Source: Snowella sp.
GTDB taxonomy: Bacteria > Cyanobacteriota > Cyanobacteriia > Cyanobacteriales > Microcystaceae
Length of the DNA: 64,000 nucleotides
Assembly: GCA_035285545.1 (NCBI GenBank)
Contig: JAYKGY010000104.1
Span: 64,001 to 128,000 of the forward strand
Direction: 5' to 3'
Positions 9,483 through 18,729 of this stretch are shown in pieces; the first letter of the stretch is position 1, and each line of letters starts with the position of its first letter. Position numbers and translations under genes: made by a program. The notes under the pieces were generated by a model, which saw nothing but the letters and a program-made list of their open reading frames with translations, had not been told where the DNA came from and did not search any database.

Positions 9483-9638
9483 CTAAGTGTCTTTGACGAG
9501 TTTAGTGAAGGTAACATCTACTTGCTGTCCCTGAGCGACTATTGATCCCCCCTGAATATGAACTTCTTCCGTAAAAGTCTGCTGACGCTGAATCAGGTTT
9601 AAGGGATTGGTTGGAGTAACATTAATTTGAGTGGCCAT
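9483..9638 (-). CDS. Small 51-aa protein, not in the ORF track
   Basis: Hand translation MATQINVTPTNPLNLIQRQQTFTEEVHIQGGSIVAQGQQVDVTFTKLVKDT*; AGGA RBS 8 nt upstream; fills the gap in the operon; resembles the C-terminus of the upstream protein. Confidence 0.8.
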   Translation of the reverse strand: MATQINVTPTNPLNLIQRQQTFTEEVHIQGGSIVAQGQQVDVTFTKLVKDT

Positions 9639-9676
9639 GACATGTATCCTAATTAAATGAATTGATTAATTTGACT

Positions 9677-10339
9677 TTAAAGCTTGATTTTTTGAAGTTT
9701 TTGAACAGTAAGATTAGTTGGAGAATAAAGGGTAATATTACCGCCTTCTACAATTTCCAGTTCTCCTACCATTAGTACGGCGGGAAGATCCCCCTGAATA
9801 ATGAGCGAACTCCCCGCTTCTATCCGAATTTTTTCGATCGCCCAAACCGCTACTTCAAAAGGAGCATGGAGTTTTTCAATGACAGCTTTATAACTAGCCA
9901 CTAATTGGGAGTTCCCAAAGAGATAGGCATAGCCCGCTTTTTGAATATTCTCTTTTTCAAGATCTGTAAGACGACTGCTTTCAGGAAAATAGTTGGAAGG
10001 CCACGGTGAAGAAGGTAACGCCTGGGTAAAAGAAAAAACGCCTTGCTCAAATAACGCATTCGGCATTCCGATCCAGGCTTTGAATTGATCAAACTGGTTG
10101 GTTTGGCGGAGGCAGGGCCCATAGGACGTTGAGCGGTCTAAGGTCGTGGAGAGAACAACTTGGGAGTCAGCTTTAACAGTCAACAACTCCCGATGCACAT
10201 CGGAAAAATAATTGATATCAAACTCAGATAAAAAAGACTCGAAAGTCCCTTGTCTGTAAGTAAATTTAGGGTTGACTAAGTTTAAGCAATCTTCAAGCTG
10301 CTGTCGTTGAGAATAAATATCGGTAATGGCAGTCTTCAT
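9677..10339 (-). CDS. Hypothetical protein with beta-solenoid-like C-terminus; first gene of the operon
   Basis: Likely ATG at 10339 (MKTAITD); C-terminal IEKIRIEAGSSLIIQG...VGELEIVEGGNITLYSPTNLTVQKLQK. Confidence 0.75.
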   Translation of the reverse strand: MKTAITDIYSQRQQLEDCLNLVNPKFTYRQGTFESFLSEFDINYFSDVHRELLTVKADSQVVLSTTLDRSTSYGPCLRQTNQFDQFKAWIGMPNALFEQGVFSFTQALPSSPWPSNYFPESSRLTDLEKENIQKAGYAYLFGNSQLVASYKAVIEKLHAPFEVAVWAIEKIRIEAGSSLIIQGDLPAVLMVGELEIVEGGNITLYSPTNLTVQKLQKIKL

Positions 10340-10609
10340 TAGATTCTTCTTCTTGATTTCAGAATTTAGCACCCTATTAAAATTACAAATTTTCTTTTTA
10401 AACACCAGTAAAGTTTGCAATTTTAAGTAGAAAGTTAATTTTTTAAATTTTCAAACAGCCAATGGATGAACGAATAGATCAATGGGTCAAAACGCAATTA
10501 GAGTGGTGGTATTGGTTATCCTGACTGGATTTGGATAAGCCGCTACCCCACCCTGGAGAAAAATTAGCCTTGAATTCTAAGCGTTAATGGGTTAAGTGTT
10601 AGTCGAGGT

Positions 10610-13204
10610 TTAATTTCGCCATTGAACCCCCGCAGAGAAACGAGTACCCGGTTCTGCAACGACAGTCCCTAAGTCAAATTGGCTTGTAGAATTGGTTCCC
10701 ACTAAATCAATGGAAAGATTCGGGATAGGAAAGAAGCGCACACCCGCACTCCAAACGGTTCGTTCCCCTGTAACTAAAGGGGTGACTTCCGCAATCAATT
10801 GGGTAAAGGAATTCAATTGATAATTAGCACCTAAACCAATGCCAACAGGGGTATTTCCACCACTAATGGCAGCTTTGGGGGAAAATAGGACGGCCCATTG
10901 AGGATTAATTTCATACATCATGGGAAATTCAACCATCATGTAACCTTGTTTGTTGCCCCATTCGCGTCCAAAGGTTAATCTTCCCGTAATGGAAAACGGA
11001 TCGCCATCGAGTTGATTTAACAGGACTAATTTTCCACCTGCTCGCCATTGGGTATCAGTTCCCAGACGAGTTTCAATCACAGTAGAGGTATCAAAGCCAC
11101 CAATGGAAGCGATCGCGACTTCAAACTGGTAATCTTGGAGAAAACTGTAGAAAAATCGGCCGCCAATACTGCCTTCTGAGTCCCCTGCTACCCGAAACCC
11201 AAAATCATCCATTGGGAGAATATAGGGCGTTGTTAGGGTAAACCAATCAAACAAGAGTTTTTGATTGCGATCGCTTAAAATAATATCCTCCCGTTTTTCC
11301 TTAGCGGAGGGAACTATAATAAAACTACCCCCTAACAAGATTTCGTTGCTAGCAGTCGGTAGGGTCAAAATACCAGTCGTGGGCGTTCCCCCAAAGGAAT
11401 TCGTTACATGCAATTCAATCGCGATCGCCTTATTGAAGGCATAGGTGCCACCAGCAGACCAGAGGACTTTTTGGAAAAACTCACGGGACGGGCTAACCGC
11501 ATTATTTCCTGAGCCAAAGGGGACTACTGTATTGGCATAAACCGAAAATTCCGGTAAAATCTGCCAACTTAAGCCTGCACCCACATTGAAAATGGTGCCA
11601 AAGAAAGGAACCCCATTGAGATTATTCGAGAAAATATTAACCCCAGGCGTAATCGTTGCCTGTAATTCTTCACTGAAATTGTAGGAGATCGGAACCTGTA
11701 TCGAACCCGCGATCGTATTACTGATGGTTGGAGACTCCTGATTGTTATATAAACCGGGGCCGCTATAAATTTGAAAATGTTCTAACGCCCCTAAAATCCC
11801 TAAAGACCAATTTTCATCTTGATAAAAACGGTATTTAATATTAGGCCCCATCGCTTGATATTGTTGCTCAATAAATTCACCATTCACCTGGTTATAGGTC
11901 GGATCATCATTTAACATCCAAGCCCAGCCCACTTGCAGATCATCCGTCAAGCCCCAATCACTGTAGGTATAGTAAGTTTGATTTCCCGTACCTTGACCCC
12001 CAAGAGTTTGGGTTTCACTAAAACTCGCAATTGAGTCACCCGCTTTAAGCTGATTCGCCGTATTCAGATGGAGTAAACGGATTGGTTGTCGATACAAGGG
12101 GGTTTCAATCTCAGGAGCCACCGTTTCCACTATTGGCTGAGTAGGGGGTGAGTTTTCTTCCGTTGATTGGGGAGTTGATTCTGACGATTCTGGGGAAAGG
12201 GGCGTTAAAGGCGAATTTTCAGAAGAATTTTCAACAGCGTTTTCGGGAACAACTGGAATTGACGCTTCATTCATCGCTTGGGCAAGTTCTGGGCTTGAGG
12301 CTTGAACTGGGAGAGAACTTTCAACAGAATGAGGGGTAGGAGCTAAAGTAGAAGATTGCTGCTGAGCAAACTTGATGGGAGAGGCGGTCAGGTTTGAAGC
12401 GACAGATTTAACCAACGCTGAGGTTTTAGAATCTTCAATTTTTACAGAATTGTCCGCAACGTCAGTAACCACAGAACCAATGGTTTGAGCATTCTCCCCA
12501 GAAGTTTGGGTGACATCCGTTGTAGCAGGTGTAGCAGAAGTCGTATCCTGACCCGTAATCGTTGATGAGGCGAGGAGCGGTTCATGGGAAGACGAAGATT
12601 CCGTTGAAATACTGGGATTTTGGCTTAATAATTGATGTTTAGCTGCTTTGGGAATGTCGGCTTGAGTGAGGCGAAATCCGCCTTGGCGGGGCAATATTTG
12701 CCAGTTTTGCTGATCGGTTTCAATCACAATTTCGATAACAGCAGGCTGATCGGTAACTTGGTTGACTTGAACGTTTTTGAGAGAGGAGTCCGTTGCCGTT
12801 GAGTCTTGATAAACCCTAAATTGTTGATCTAGTAAGGTCTCATTAAGGGTTAGATGAACTTTACCCAATTCTTTTTGGGTATCCATTAGCACTTTTGCAT
12901 CATTTCCGCTGTTATAAACCCATAGCGTATTATCTCGAACGTAAATGGAGTGTAAGACGGTTAACGGTGATGAAGCTGATAGGGAGGCAAGCTTGGCTTG
13001 AGATGATAACTTGTCCTGTTGGTCTAATTTATCAACGTGCTGACTATCGGGAATAATAGACGAAGATGTTGAACTTTCTGCGGTAGGATTCCCATTATTT
13101 AAAGTATTTGGGACAGAAGAGGTTATTTCTGACTCATTAGCGTGAGCGAGATTTCCCAGAAGTAATATACTTAATAGACTTAAACTTAAAGATCGAAAAC
13201 CCAT
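10610..13204 (-). CDS. Exported protein: AMIN-like domain, Ser/Thr/Pro-rich linker, C-terminal outer-membrane beta-barrel-like region
   Basis: Signal peptide (LLLGNLAHA); AMIN-like NVQVNQVTDQPAVIEIVIE; low-complexity linker; amphipathic strands ending FSAGVQWRN. Confidence 0.65.
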   Translation of the reverse strand: MGFRSLSLSLLSILLLGNLAHANESEITSSVPNTLNNGNPTAESSTSSSIIPDSQHVDKLDQQDKLSSQAKLASLSASSPLTVLHSIYVRDNTLWVYNSGNDAKVLMDTQKELGKVHLTLNETLLDQQFRVYQDSTATDSSLKNVQVNQVTDQPAVIEIVIETDQQNWQILPRQGGFRLTQADIPKAAKHQLLSQNPSISTESSSSHEPLLASSTITGQDTTSATPATTDVTQTSGENAQTIGSVVTDVADNSVKIEDSKTSALVKSVASNLTASPIKFAQQQSSTLAPTPHSVESSLPVQASSPELAQAMNEASIPVVPENAVENSSENSPLTPLSPESSESTPQSTEENSPPTQPIVETVAPEIETPLYRQPIRLLHLNTANQLKAGDSIASFSETQTLGGQGTGNQTYYTYSDWGLTDDLQVGWAWMLNDDPTYNQVNGEFIEQQYQAMGPNIKYRFYQDENWSLGILGALEHFQIYSGPGLYNNQESPTISNTIAGSIQVPISYNFSEELQATITPGVNIFSNNLNGVPFFGTIFNVGAGLSWQILPEFSVYANTVVPFGSGNNAVSPSREFFQKVLWSAGGTYAFNKAIAIELHVTNSFGGTPTTGILTLPTASNEILLGGSFIIVPSAKEKREDIILSDRNQKLLFDWFTLTTPYILPMDDFGFRVAGDSEGSIGGRFFYSFLQDYQFEVAIASIGGFDTSTVIETRLGTDTQWRAGGKLVLLNQLDGDPFSITGRLTFGREWGNKQGYMMVEFPMMYEINPQWAVLFSPKAAISGGNTPVGIGLGANYQLNSFTQLIAEVTPLVTGERTVWSAGVRFFPIPNLSIDLVGTNSTSQFDLGTVVAEPGTRFSAGVQWRN

Positions 13205-13449
13205 TTAACTCTCCTCACACGAAAAATACTTAATTTTGGGCTAATTATTGTTGATTAATAATGGCTGTTATTGTAGTCGCTTATTGTAACGGAAGATCAC
13301 TTATCCGTCAGTAGTCATTTGTTGTTTGGCTTACTGTTTAGATAGGAAGATAAATGCCAATCAGTTATTCGTTGAGAAATTGGGCGTTGATCATCATTGA
13401 AAGTTTTGATTTTTTTACGAACTTGATATTGAAGTAGGATGGAAAATTT

Positions 13450-14505
13450 CTAAGATTTTAATCCAAAAGGACGGGAGAGCGGTTCTCCAATGAAGATCCC
13501 TTGACCTGGCCAAGCCACACTTTTCCAATAAGTTTCTAATAACGTTGCACCATCTAAGTAGGATTGAATGAGAACCCCTGGATGGGGAAATTTTTGGGGA
13601 AAGTTGCAGGGTTCTACGACTGCGCCATAACTGCCGGTAGCTCCTGCTTCTAACCAGCGTAAGCTACTCATCTGGGAACTATCGGTTAATTGTCCTCCGG
13701 TAGAGGTGAGATGATCGGCGATCGCGCCTGGACGAAAACGATTGGTGTTAATTTTCTCGACGCTTTCCAATCCGGTGATGTAGAACATGACATCGGTTTT
13801 ATTCTCTAAAACATCGCCTTTGATCTGAGTAATTTTAAAGCGCGAACCGAGATAGGTTTCAATGAGACGATAAAACTGCGATCGCACATTGCGGGCCTTA
13901 TCACTCGTATTGACTAAATAGGCTGTTCCTGTCGGAAAGGTTTCATCGGCTGCCACACCGCGATCGATTAAGGCTTTGGCTTGAGCAAAATTCGTTGCGG
14001 CAATCATCATCGACGGGCGAATTTTAAAATCTTGATAAGGACGAAAGGATGTCTGATTAAAGTAAGGATTCGGGGCTGTTGGCTGACAACCATTCGCACA
14101 GTGGGACGGATCAAAACCAAAAGCAAAGGCACTGGTCATCGACATACAATCCACTCGATAAGGTGCCGCCCAGGTTAACGCATAACCTTCTACTGCGCTG
14201 GGGGTTCGTGCTTTCACCGTATTGTGTAACTTGCGGAATTCTTGAGAAGAAAGAGTCGAACGGTTTGGCGGAAAGGAAATTTTAATAATATTGCGTTGAG
14301 GGATCTTGCGCTGACGTTGATAGTATTCACCAATTTGCACACTGAGGGGATCGGCTTCATTGACGATTACACCTAAATTTTGAGCAGTAAATCGGGACGG
14401 AGGTAAAATTCGCTGACTAATCCAATCACAACCACTTAAATTCAACAGTAAAACGCTCAGAAACGGAATTTTTAAACAAAGCTCTAACATGGTTGTTAGT
14501 TGCAT
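13450..14505 (-). CDS. TIGR03790 family protein
   Basis: LGVIVN..DP.S..IGEYY...R.IP..N, GAIADHLTS.GG, GATGSYG.V.EPCN...KFP, W..IFIGEPL; possible lipobox LSGC. Confidence 0.85.
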   Translation of the reverse strand: MQLTTMLELCLKIPFLSVLLLNLSGCDWISQRILPPSRFTAQNLGVIVNEADPLSVQIGEYYQRQRKIPQRNIIKISFPPNRSTLSSQEFRKLHNTVKARTPSAVEGYALTWAAPYRVDCMSMTSAFAFGFDPSHCANGCQPTAPNPYFNQTSFRPYQDFKIRPSMMIAATNFAQAKALIDRGVAADETFPTGTAYLVNTSDKARNVRSQFYRLIETYLGSRFKITQIKGDVLENKTDVMFYITGLESVEKINTNRFRPGAIADHLTSTGGQLTDSSQMSSLRWLEAGATGSYGAVVEPCNFPQKFPHPGVLIQSYLDGATLLETYWKSVAWPGQGIFIGEPLSRPFGLKS

Positions 14506-14561
14506 TTTTATTACAATTGATTTAAGAGACTTGGAGTCAGCATGATTTATCTGACGGTTGA

Positions 14562-14999
14562 TTAATATTTCCGAACTTTACCCGTAAACCCAGAAGCTTT
14601 AAATTGTTCTAATTTTAAAGGCGTTGGTTGATTGGCGGGAACACTGATACGAAGTTCAAAATCATGGATACCGGGTTCAATTTCAGCAATAGACCCTACA
14701 CGAGTCCGATTTTGCATGGCGGGTTCGTTATTTGCATCATAAATACGCCCAAAAACATCTGCATCATAAACGGTTTTCCCGGATGTATTTTTGGTTTTTC
14801 CCGTCACAATAAAGCAGTTAGCGGGATCATTCGATCCACTAAGAACACTGCCTTCTGCGAGTTCAGGGGGACAATCTTGATAGGAAATATCTAATAAGGG
14901 AATTTCGGTTAAAGCGATCGCGCTAGGGGAAACCAGCCAACTACCGAAAACGAGTAAACCCGTCAAGCAAATTCCAATAAAAGTGCGTATCATCATCAT
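14562..14999 (-). CDS. Conserved cyanobacterial exported hypothetical protein
   Basis: Signal peptide; two Cys; VYDADVFGRIYDAN motif. Confidence 0.75.
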   Translation of the reverse strand: MMMIRTFIGICLTGLLVFGSWLVSPSAIALTEIPLLDISYQDCPPELAEGSVLSGSNDPANCFIVTGKTKNTSGKTVYDADVFGRIYDANNEPAMQNRTRVGSIAEIEPGIHDFELRISVPANQPTPLKLEQFKASGFTGKVRKY

Positions 15000-15065
15000 C
15001 CCCGCCTCAAGACTGTCTATTGGTTTAGTCTATCACGGACATTTAGAGGAATTGCTGAGTTTGTT

Positions 15066-15959
15066 TTAAGGGGTTAAAACGACCTTTTGTATTAACCGTA
15101 GTCCTTCTTCCCGTTCAGCCACTTCTCCAATGCCTAATAATGCCCCCCCTTCCTGCTCTACTCTTAAGCGTTGCTGGAGGTCATGAACAGACTCAGTTAA
15201 GAAAATTTTTTGACCTTGACACCACCGTTTTGCTGTGTCTGGATCGAGGGTAATAGCGGGCAAATCCGCGATCGCCGTTTGGGGAGAAATGAGCGATAGG
15301 GTTTGATCTTCTATGTTTTGAAGCAATTCTTCAATGGTTAGACTGTTTTCTAACGACATTCCCCCGCTTTTTGTCCGAATCAAACCTGCGAGAGTGCCAC
15401 CAACTCCGAGTAAATCCCCTAAATCCCTCGCGATCGCCCGAATATAGGTTCCCTCCCCACAATGGATTTCTATATCCAATTCAGGAAATTCCCCTGGCTC
15501 CCACCCCAACACCTCAAGTTTAAAAATCTCCACCTGTCGGCTAGGAACATCCACCACTTTTCCTTGACGGGCCAACTCATAGAGCCGCTTTCCATCCCGT
15601 TGAATCGCACTATACATCGGTGGAATTTGAAGGATTTTCCCTAAAAACTGAGGAAAGTAAGCTTGAACTTGCGCTAAGGTTAAATGGGAAGCTGAAATTT
15701 GTTGTAATACCTCCCCAGCCAGATCATCGGTCGTAGTTTGTATCCCAAAGCGAATTTTGGCGCGATAGGCTTTATGAGAGGGTAAATAGGCAATTAAACG
15801 GGTAGCTTTTCCAATGGCGATCGGTAAAACTCCGGTTGCTAACGGATCAAGCGTTCCCGCATGGCCAACTTTGCGGATTTTGAGTAATCGTCGGACTTTG
15901 GCAACACAATCATGGGATGTCCAATCGGGAGGTTTATTTAAATTGAGAAATCCCAGCAT
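15066..15959 (-). CDS. truB: tRNA pseudouridine(55) synthase
   Basis: LNKP..WTSHD, KVGHAGTLDPLATGVL, PPMYSA, GTYIRAIARDLG. Confidence 0.97.
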   Translation of the reverse strand: MLGFLNLNKPPDWTSHDCVAKVRRLLKIRKVGHAGTLDPLATGVLPIAIGKATRLIAYLPSHKAYRAKIRFGIQTTTDDLAGEVLQQISASHLTLAQVQAYFPQFLGKILQIPPMYSAIQRDGKRLYELARQGKVVDVPSRQVEIFKLEVLGWEPGEFPELDIEIHCGEGTYIRAIARDLGDLLGVGGTLAGLIRTKSGGMSLENSLTIEELLQNIEDQTLSLISPQTAIADLPAITLDPDTAKRWCQGQKIFLTESVHDLQQRLRVEQEGGALLGIGEVAEREEGLRLIQKVVLTP

Positions 15960-16039
15960 AGTTGGTATTTAATAACTAGAGAATAAACCCATTTTTAATC
16001 ACTAATGGATAAAATCCCGATTATCCGCTTAATTTTTGC

Positions 16040-18547
16040 TTATTTTTTGGTAAAGTCTGCCAGTAATTGAGCGACTTCAGGGCTATAAATCTGCATGTAA
16101 TTCCAATAATTGCCAAATACGGATTCGACATAATTTTTGGTTTCTGCAAACGGAATATTTTCAATAAAAACATCCGGATCGTTACCTTGGAATTCTTTTA
16201 ACCATTTTGCTACATTCCCTGGCCCGGCATTATAACTCGCCACTGCGAGGGCCGAATTATTGCGATATTCCTCATGGGTATATTTAAAGTACCAAGTTCC
16301 CATATTGATATTGTCGTTGGGATCGGTGAGGGAAAATTTGGTCAGATTAATTTGGGGGGCGATCCAATCAGCAGTTGAAGGCATGACCTGCATGAGTCCG
16401 GTTGCGCCAACGGGGGAACGAATTTCTCGTTCAAAGCGAGATTCTTGACGGATTAAAGCGGCGACGAGGAGAGGATTCACTTGACGTTTCTCTGACCAAC
16501 TGACAATTAAATCTTTGTAAGGCAGGGGGAATAGGGCTTGCCAATATTCAGGCATTTGACGGAGGGTTTTCCATTGTTGCTGATCCAGCGGATCTTGGGA
16601 TTCTCTTAAACTCCAAATTTGATTAATCGCCGCTAGGTTTTGACCTTGATTCAGTTTGAGTAACGCATCGGTAAATCGTTGATTCACGTTGAGGGTCTTT
16701 TGACCAGCCGTTTCTGCGGTAAAGAGCGCGATCGCTTCTTGATCCTGCCCTAAACGATACAGTTCTGCAAACATCATTGAACCAGCAGGGGGCACAGGGC
16801 GAACCGTTGGTATTTCCACTTTCGGCTGCAAAAAGCGCACACTATTAAAATCTCCCACTTGCCAACCCAACAGCACTGCTGCCCGCCAAGCATAGTAGGA
16901 ATGGGGATAACGGGCCAAAACATTCTCGAAAGCCGTTTTAGCATCCTCAGAACGTCCTAATTGTTGGGCCCATTTGCCGATCCAGAAGGTGGCTTTCGGT
17001 GCGAGGGGACTATCGGGATTCGCTTGGACGAGTTCTTGAGCATATTGCCACGCTTGTACATAATTTCCTGCTTTGGCTTGAGCGCGAGCCATTTTCCAAC
17101 GGTATTCTGCGGCGGCATCCGAAGACGGGTATTCTTTCAATAACTGCTGCTGTGCTTGTTGGGCCGCACTGGGATCGGATTTTTCCAACAAATCGATCTT
17201 TTTCGCCAGGGCTTTGGGTGCTTCCGCTGGAAATTTTTGAATTAATTGGTCTAGGTAGGCAACAGCCTCGGAAAGGGGAGTCAGGCCCGCTAAGCGTCGT
17301 AAGGCTTGGGCTGTTTCAGGAAGATTGGGATAGCGTTGAATTAATTTCTGATAGTTTTGGATGGCTTCCGGTTTTTTGTCATTAATTTCCTGAGAACGGG
17401 CTAGGCGATACAAATTTTGGGGTGTTTCGGTTGCTTTGGCATAGGCTCCCATGGCCTTTCCGTATTCCCGTTGTTCCCAATAACTATCGCCGATCGCTTG
17501 CCAATCCTCTGGTGTGAGTTGACCGGAAAAATCCTTAACTAGGGTGGCACGGATGCCAGGCGTTTGACTATCTTTGGGGGCGGTGGCGACAATTTGACGC
17601 ATCACCTCAAGGGATTGGGGGGTTTGTTTGAGGCGTTGATGCAGAATATCCAAGGTGCGGGGATGTTTCGGAAAGTTGGCGATCGCCTGATCCCAATATT
17701 GGGGATTAGAACGGCCTAATAAGTCCATGGCTTCAACCGCAACAGGGGAAGTGGGATATTGTTTTAATAATTCTTGCCAGGTTTGTTCCGCTTTAATTTT
17801 TTCATTAGACAGTTCGTAACCGCGTCCCCGTTTGAGCAGAATATAGGGAGCCAAAATGGGGTATTCATTTTCTAAATTTTCCAGCATCCGAATGGCTTGG
17901 CCCCCTTGATAGGCTCTTAATAAATCTGCTGCTAATAAATATCTGGCTCGGCTCCGTTCTAGGGAGGGTTCGGGTTGAGCCGCGATCGCCTGTAGCTGAC
18001 TTTCCCGTTCTTTCACCGGCAACAATGCTAACTTCAACACTTGTGACGGTTGATTCATTTCAGATTCTAAGGTCTTGAGAATCGCTTGCTGTTGACGGCT
18101 TTCTACCCAATCCAACCCTTTTGGAACGAGTACCGCTAATCCCCCCAGCACGACTAATAAAACACCGCCCCCAATCAACCAAGTGTTGGTCTTTTTAGGC
18201 ATTGATTGAGCACCATCGCGATCCGTTTCGTTCGGCGCAGGGGAAGGGGAAGAATGATGTCCATTCTGATAAGGCGGCTCCCAAGTATCCGTGAGTTGGT
18301 GAGCAATCTGATTTTCGGGCGATTCGGGTAGCAAATGAGATGAAGCGGGATCTTCAACGGTGGCAACGAACATGTTCTGGCTTTCTTTCTCCTCTGCGAC
18401 GGATTCCGATGGAAAGCCCTGCTTTTGCTGATCGTCTAGGTTAACAGTAGCCTCTGGTTGAGACGGTTCGGGGGGAGAGGTACTTGGATCGTCATTTCTC
18501 CCGACGGGTAAAGTATTTTTGAGGCGATCAATAAAACCGTTAATCAT
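16040..18547 (-). CDS. Lytic transglycosylase (SLT domain) with TPR repeats and N-terminal membrane anchor
   Basis: IRQESRF, SPVGATGLMQVMP, ASYNAGPG, IPFAETKNYV; TPR helices; ATG at 18547 preferred. Confidence 0.92.
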   Translation of the reverse strand: MINGFIDRLKNTLPVGRNDDPSTSPPEPSQPEATVNLDDQQKQGFPSESVAEEKESQNMFVATVEDPASSHLLPESPENQIAHQLTDTWEPPYQNGHHSSPSPAPNETDRDGAQSMPKKTNTWLIGGGVLLVVLGGLAVLVPKGLDWVESRQQQAILKTLESEMNQPSQVLKLALLPVKERESQLQAIAAQPEPSLERSRARYLLAADLLRAYQGGQAIRMLENLENEYPILAPYILLKRGRGYELSNEKIKAEQTWQELLKQYPTSPVAVEAMDLLGRSNPQYWDQAIANFPKHPRTLDILHQRLKQTPQSLEVMRQIVATAPKDSQTPGIRATLVKDFSGQLTPEDWQAIGDSYWEQREYGKAMGAYAKATETPQNLYRLARSQEINDKKPEAIQNYQKLIQRYPNLPETAQALRRLAGLTPLSEAVAYLDQLIQKFPAEAPKALAKKIDLLEKSDPSAAQQAQQQLLKEYPSSDAAAEYRWKMARAQAKAGNYVQAWQYAQELVQANPDSPLAPKATFWIGKWAQQLGRSEDAKTAFENVLARYPHSYYAWRAAVLLGWQVGDFNSVRFLQPKVEIPTVRPVPPAGSMMFAELYRLGQDQEAIALFTAETAGQKTLNVNQRFTDALLKLNQGQNLAAINQIWSLRESQDPLDQQQWKTLRQMPEYWQALFPLPYKDLIVSWSEKRQVNPLLVAALIRQESRFEREIRSPVGATGLMQVMPSTADWIAPQINLTKFSLTDPNDNINMGTWYFKYTHEEYRNNSALAVASYNAGPGNVAKWLKEFQGNDPDVFIENIPFAETKNYVESVFGNYWNYMQIYSPEVAQLLADFTKK

Positions 18548-18729
18548 AACAGACCTGGCATACAGCTTAACTTTTTTATTATGATTCTTTAAGGTAAATT
18601 TGTGAAATTTATGACATTTTGATGATGCCGTAGAACGAGAGCGTCCTCTCCCGTTTCCTTGATGATTCAAGGGATTGAGGAAAAGTCAGCTTCAACAAGC
18701 AAGATTGATCCCCGATGGGATTGAGTGGG

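Noticed and set aside
10503..10551. Imperfect inverted repeat upstream of the novel operon as a riboswitch or ncRNA
   Set aside because: No recognisable family motif; it could simply be the terminator of the upstream beta-barrel gene.
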